From NCBI RefSeq assembly GCF_963921235.1, contig NC_086097.1:241926001-241990000 (forward strand): a stretch of DNA of 64,000 nt. The letters run 5' to 3'. Under the pieces are notes generated by a model that made no database searches, had not been told where the DNA came from, and saw only the letters and a program-made list of their open reading frames with translations. The stretch is from Mobula hypostoma (Eukaryota). Positions 63,654 to 64,000 of the stretch are shown here, one piece after another (the first letter of the stretch is position 1; each line of letters begins with the position of its first letter). Made by a program: the position numbers and the translations under genes.

Positions 63654-64000
63654 CAGACGTTCCTCATATGGTATACCCTTTCATTCCTGGAATTATTCGT
63701 GCATCTTCTCTGAACCCTCTCCAATGTCAGTATATCCTTTCTAAAATATGGGGCCCAAAACTGCACACAATACTCCGTGTTGTCTCACGAGTGCCTTATA
63801 GAGCCTCAACATCACAGCCCTGCTCTTATATTCTATACCTCTAGAAATAATGCCAACATTGCATTTGCCTTCTTCACCAATGACTCAACCTGGAGGTTAA
63901 CCCTTTAGGGTATCTTGCACAAGGAGTTCCAAGTCCCTTTGCATCTCTGCATTTTGAATTCTCTCTCCCATCTAAATAATAGTCTCCCCATTTACTTCTT

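Overview
Vertebrate genomic DNA, most likely a cartilaginous fish (ray-like repeat complement: V-SINE/HE1-type SINEs, abundant CR1, Rex1/Babar, RTE and Penelope-derived repeats; the taxon is an inference). The window holds the conserved EIF3H-UTP23-RAD21 block. EIF3H coding exon 1 (minus, 15792-15881) sits head-to-head with the complete three-exon UTP23 CDS (plus, 16417-27004, 244 aa). The last nine coding exons of RAD21 (minus, 60919-48812) converge on UTP23. Most of the rest is decayed transposable elements, including an 11.6-kb nest (30.0-41.6 kb) whose insertion order can be read from target-site duplications (TSDs). The most notable non-genic signals are a Penelope-associated minimal hammerhead ribozyme with an intact core (46.5 kb), a 50-bp fold-back insertion just upstream of UTP23 exon 3, a micro-retroinsertion that regenerated a hAT terminal repeat, an RTE with a 5' inversion, and altered separase-docking motifs in RAD21. 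I found no evidence for a wholly new gene system. TE family names come from recalled motifs, not database searches, and TE boundaries without a stated TSD or TIR are approximate.
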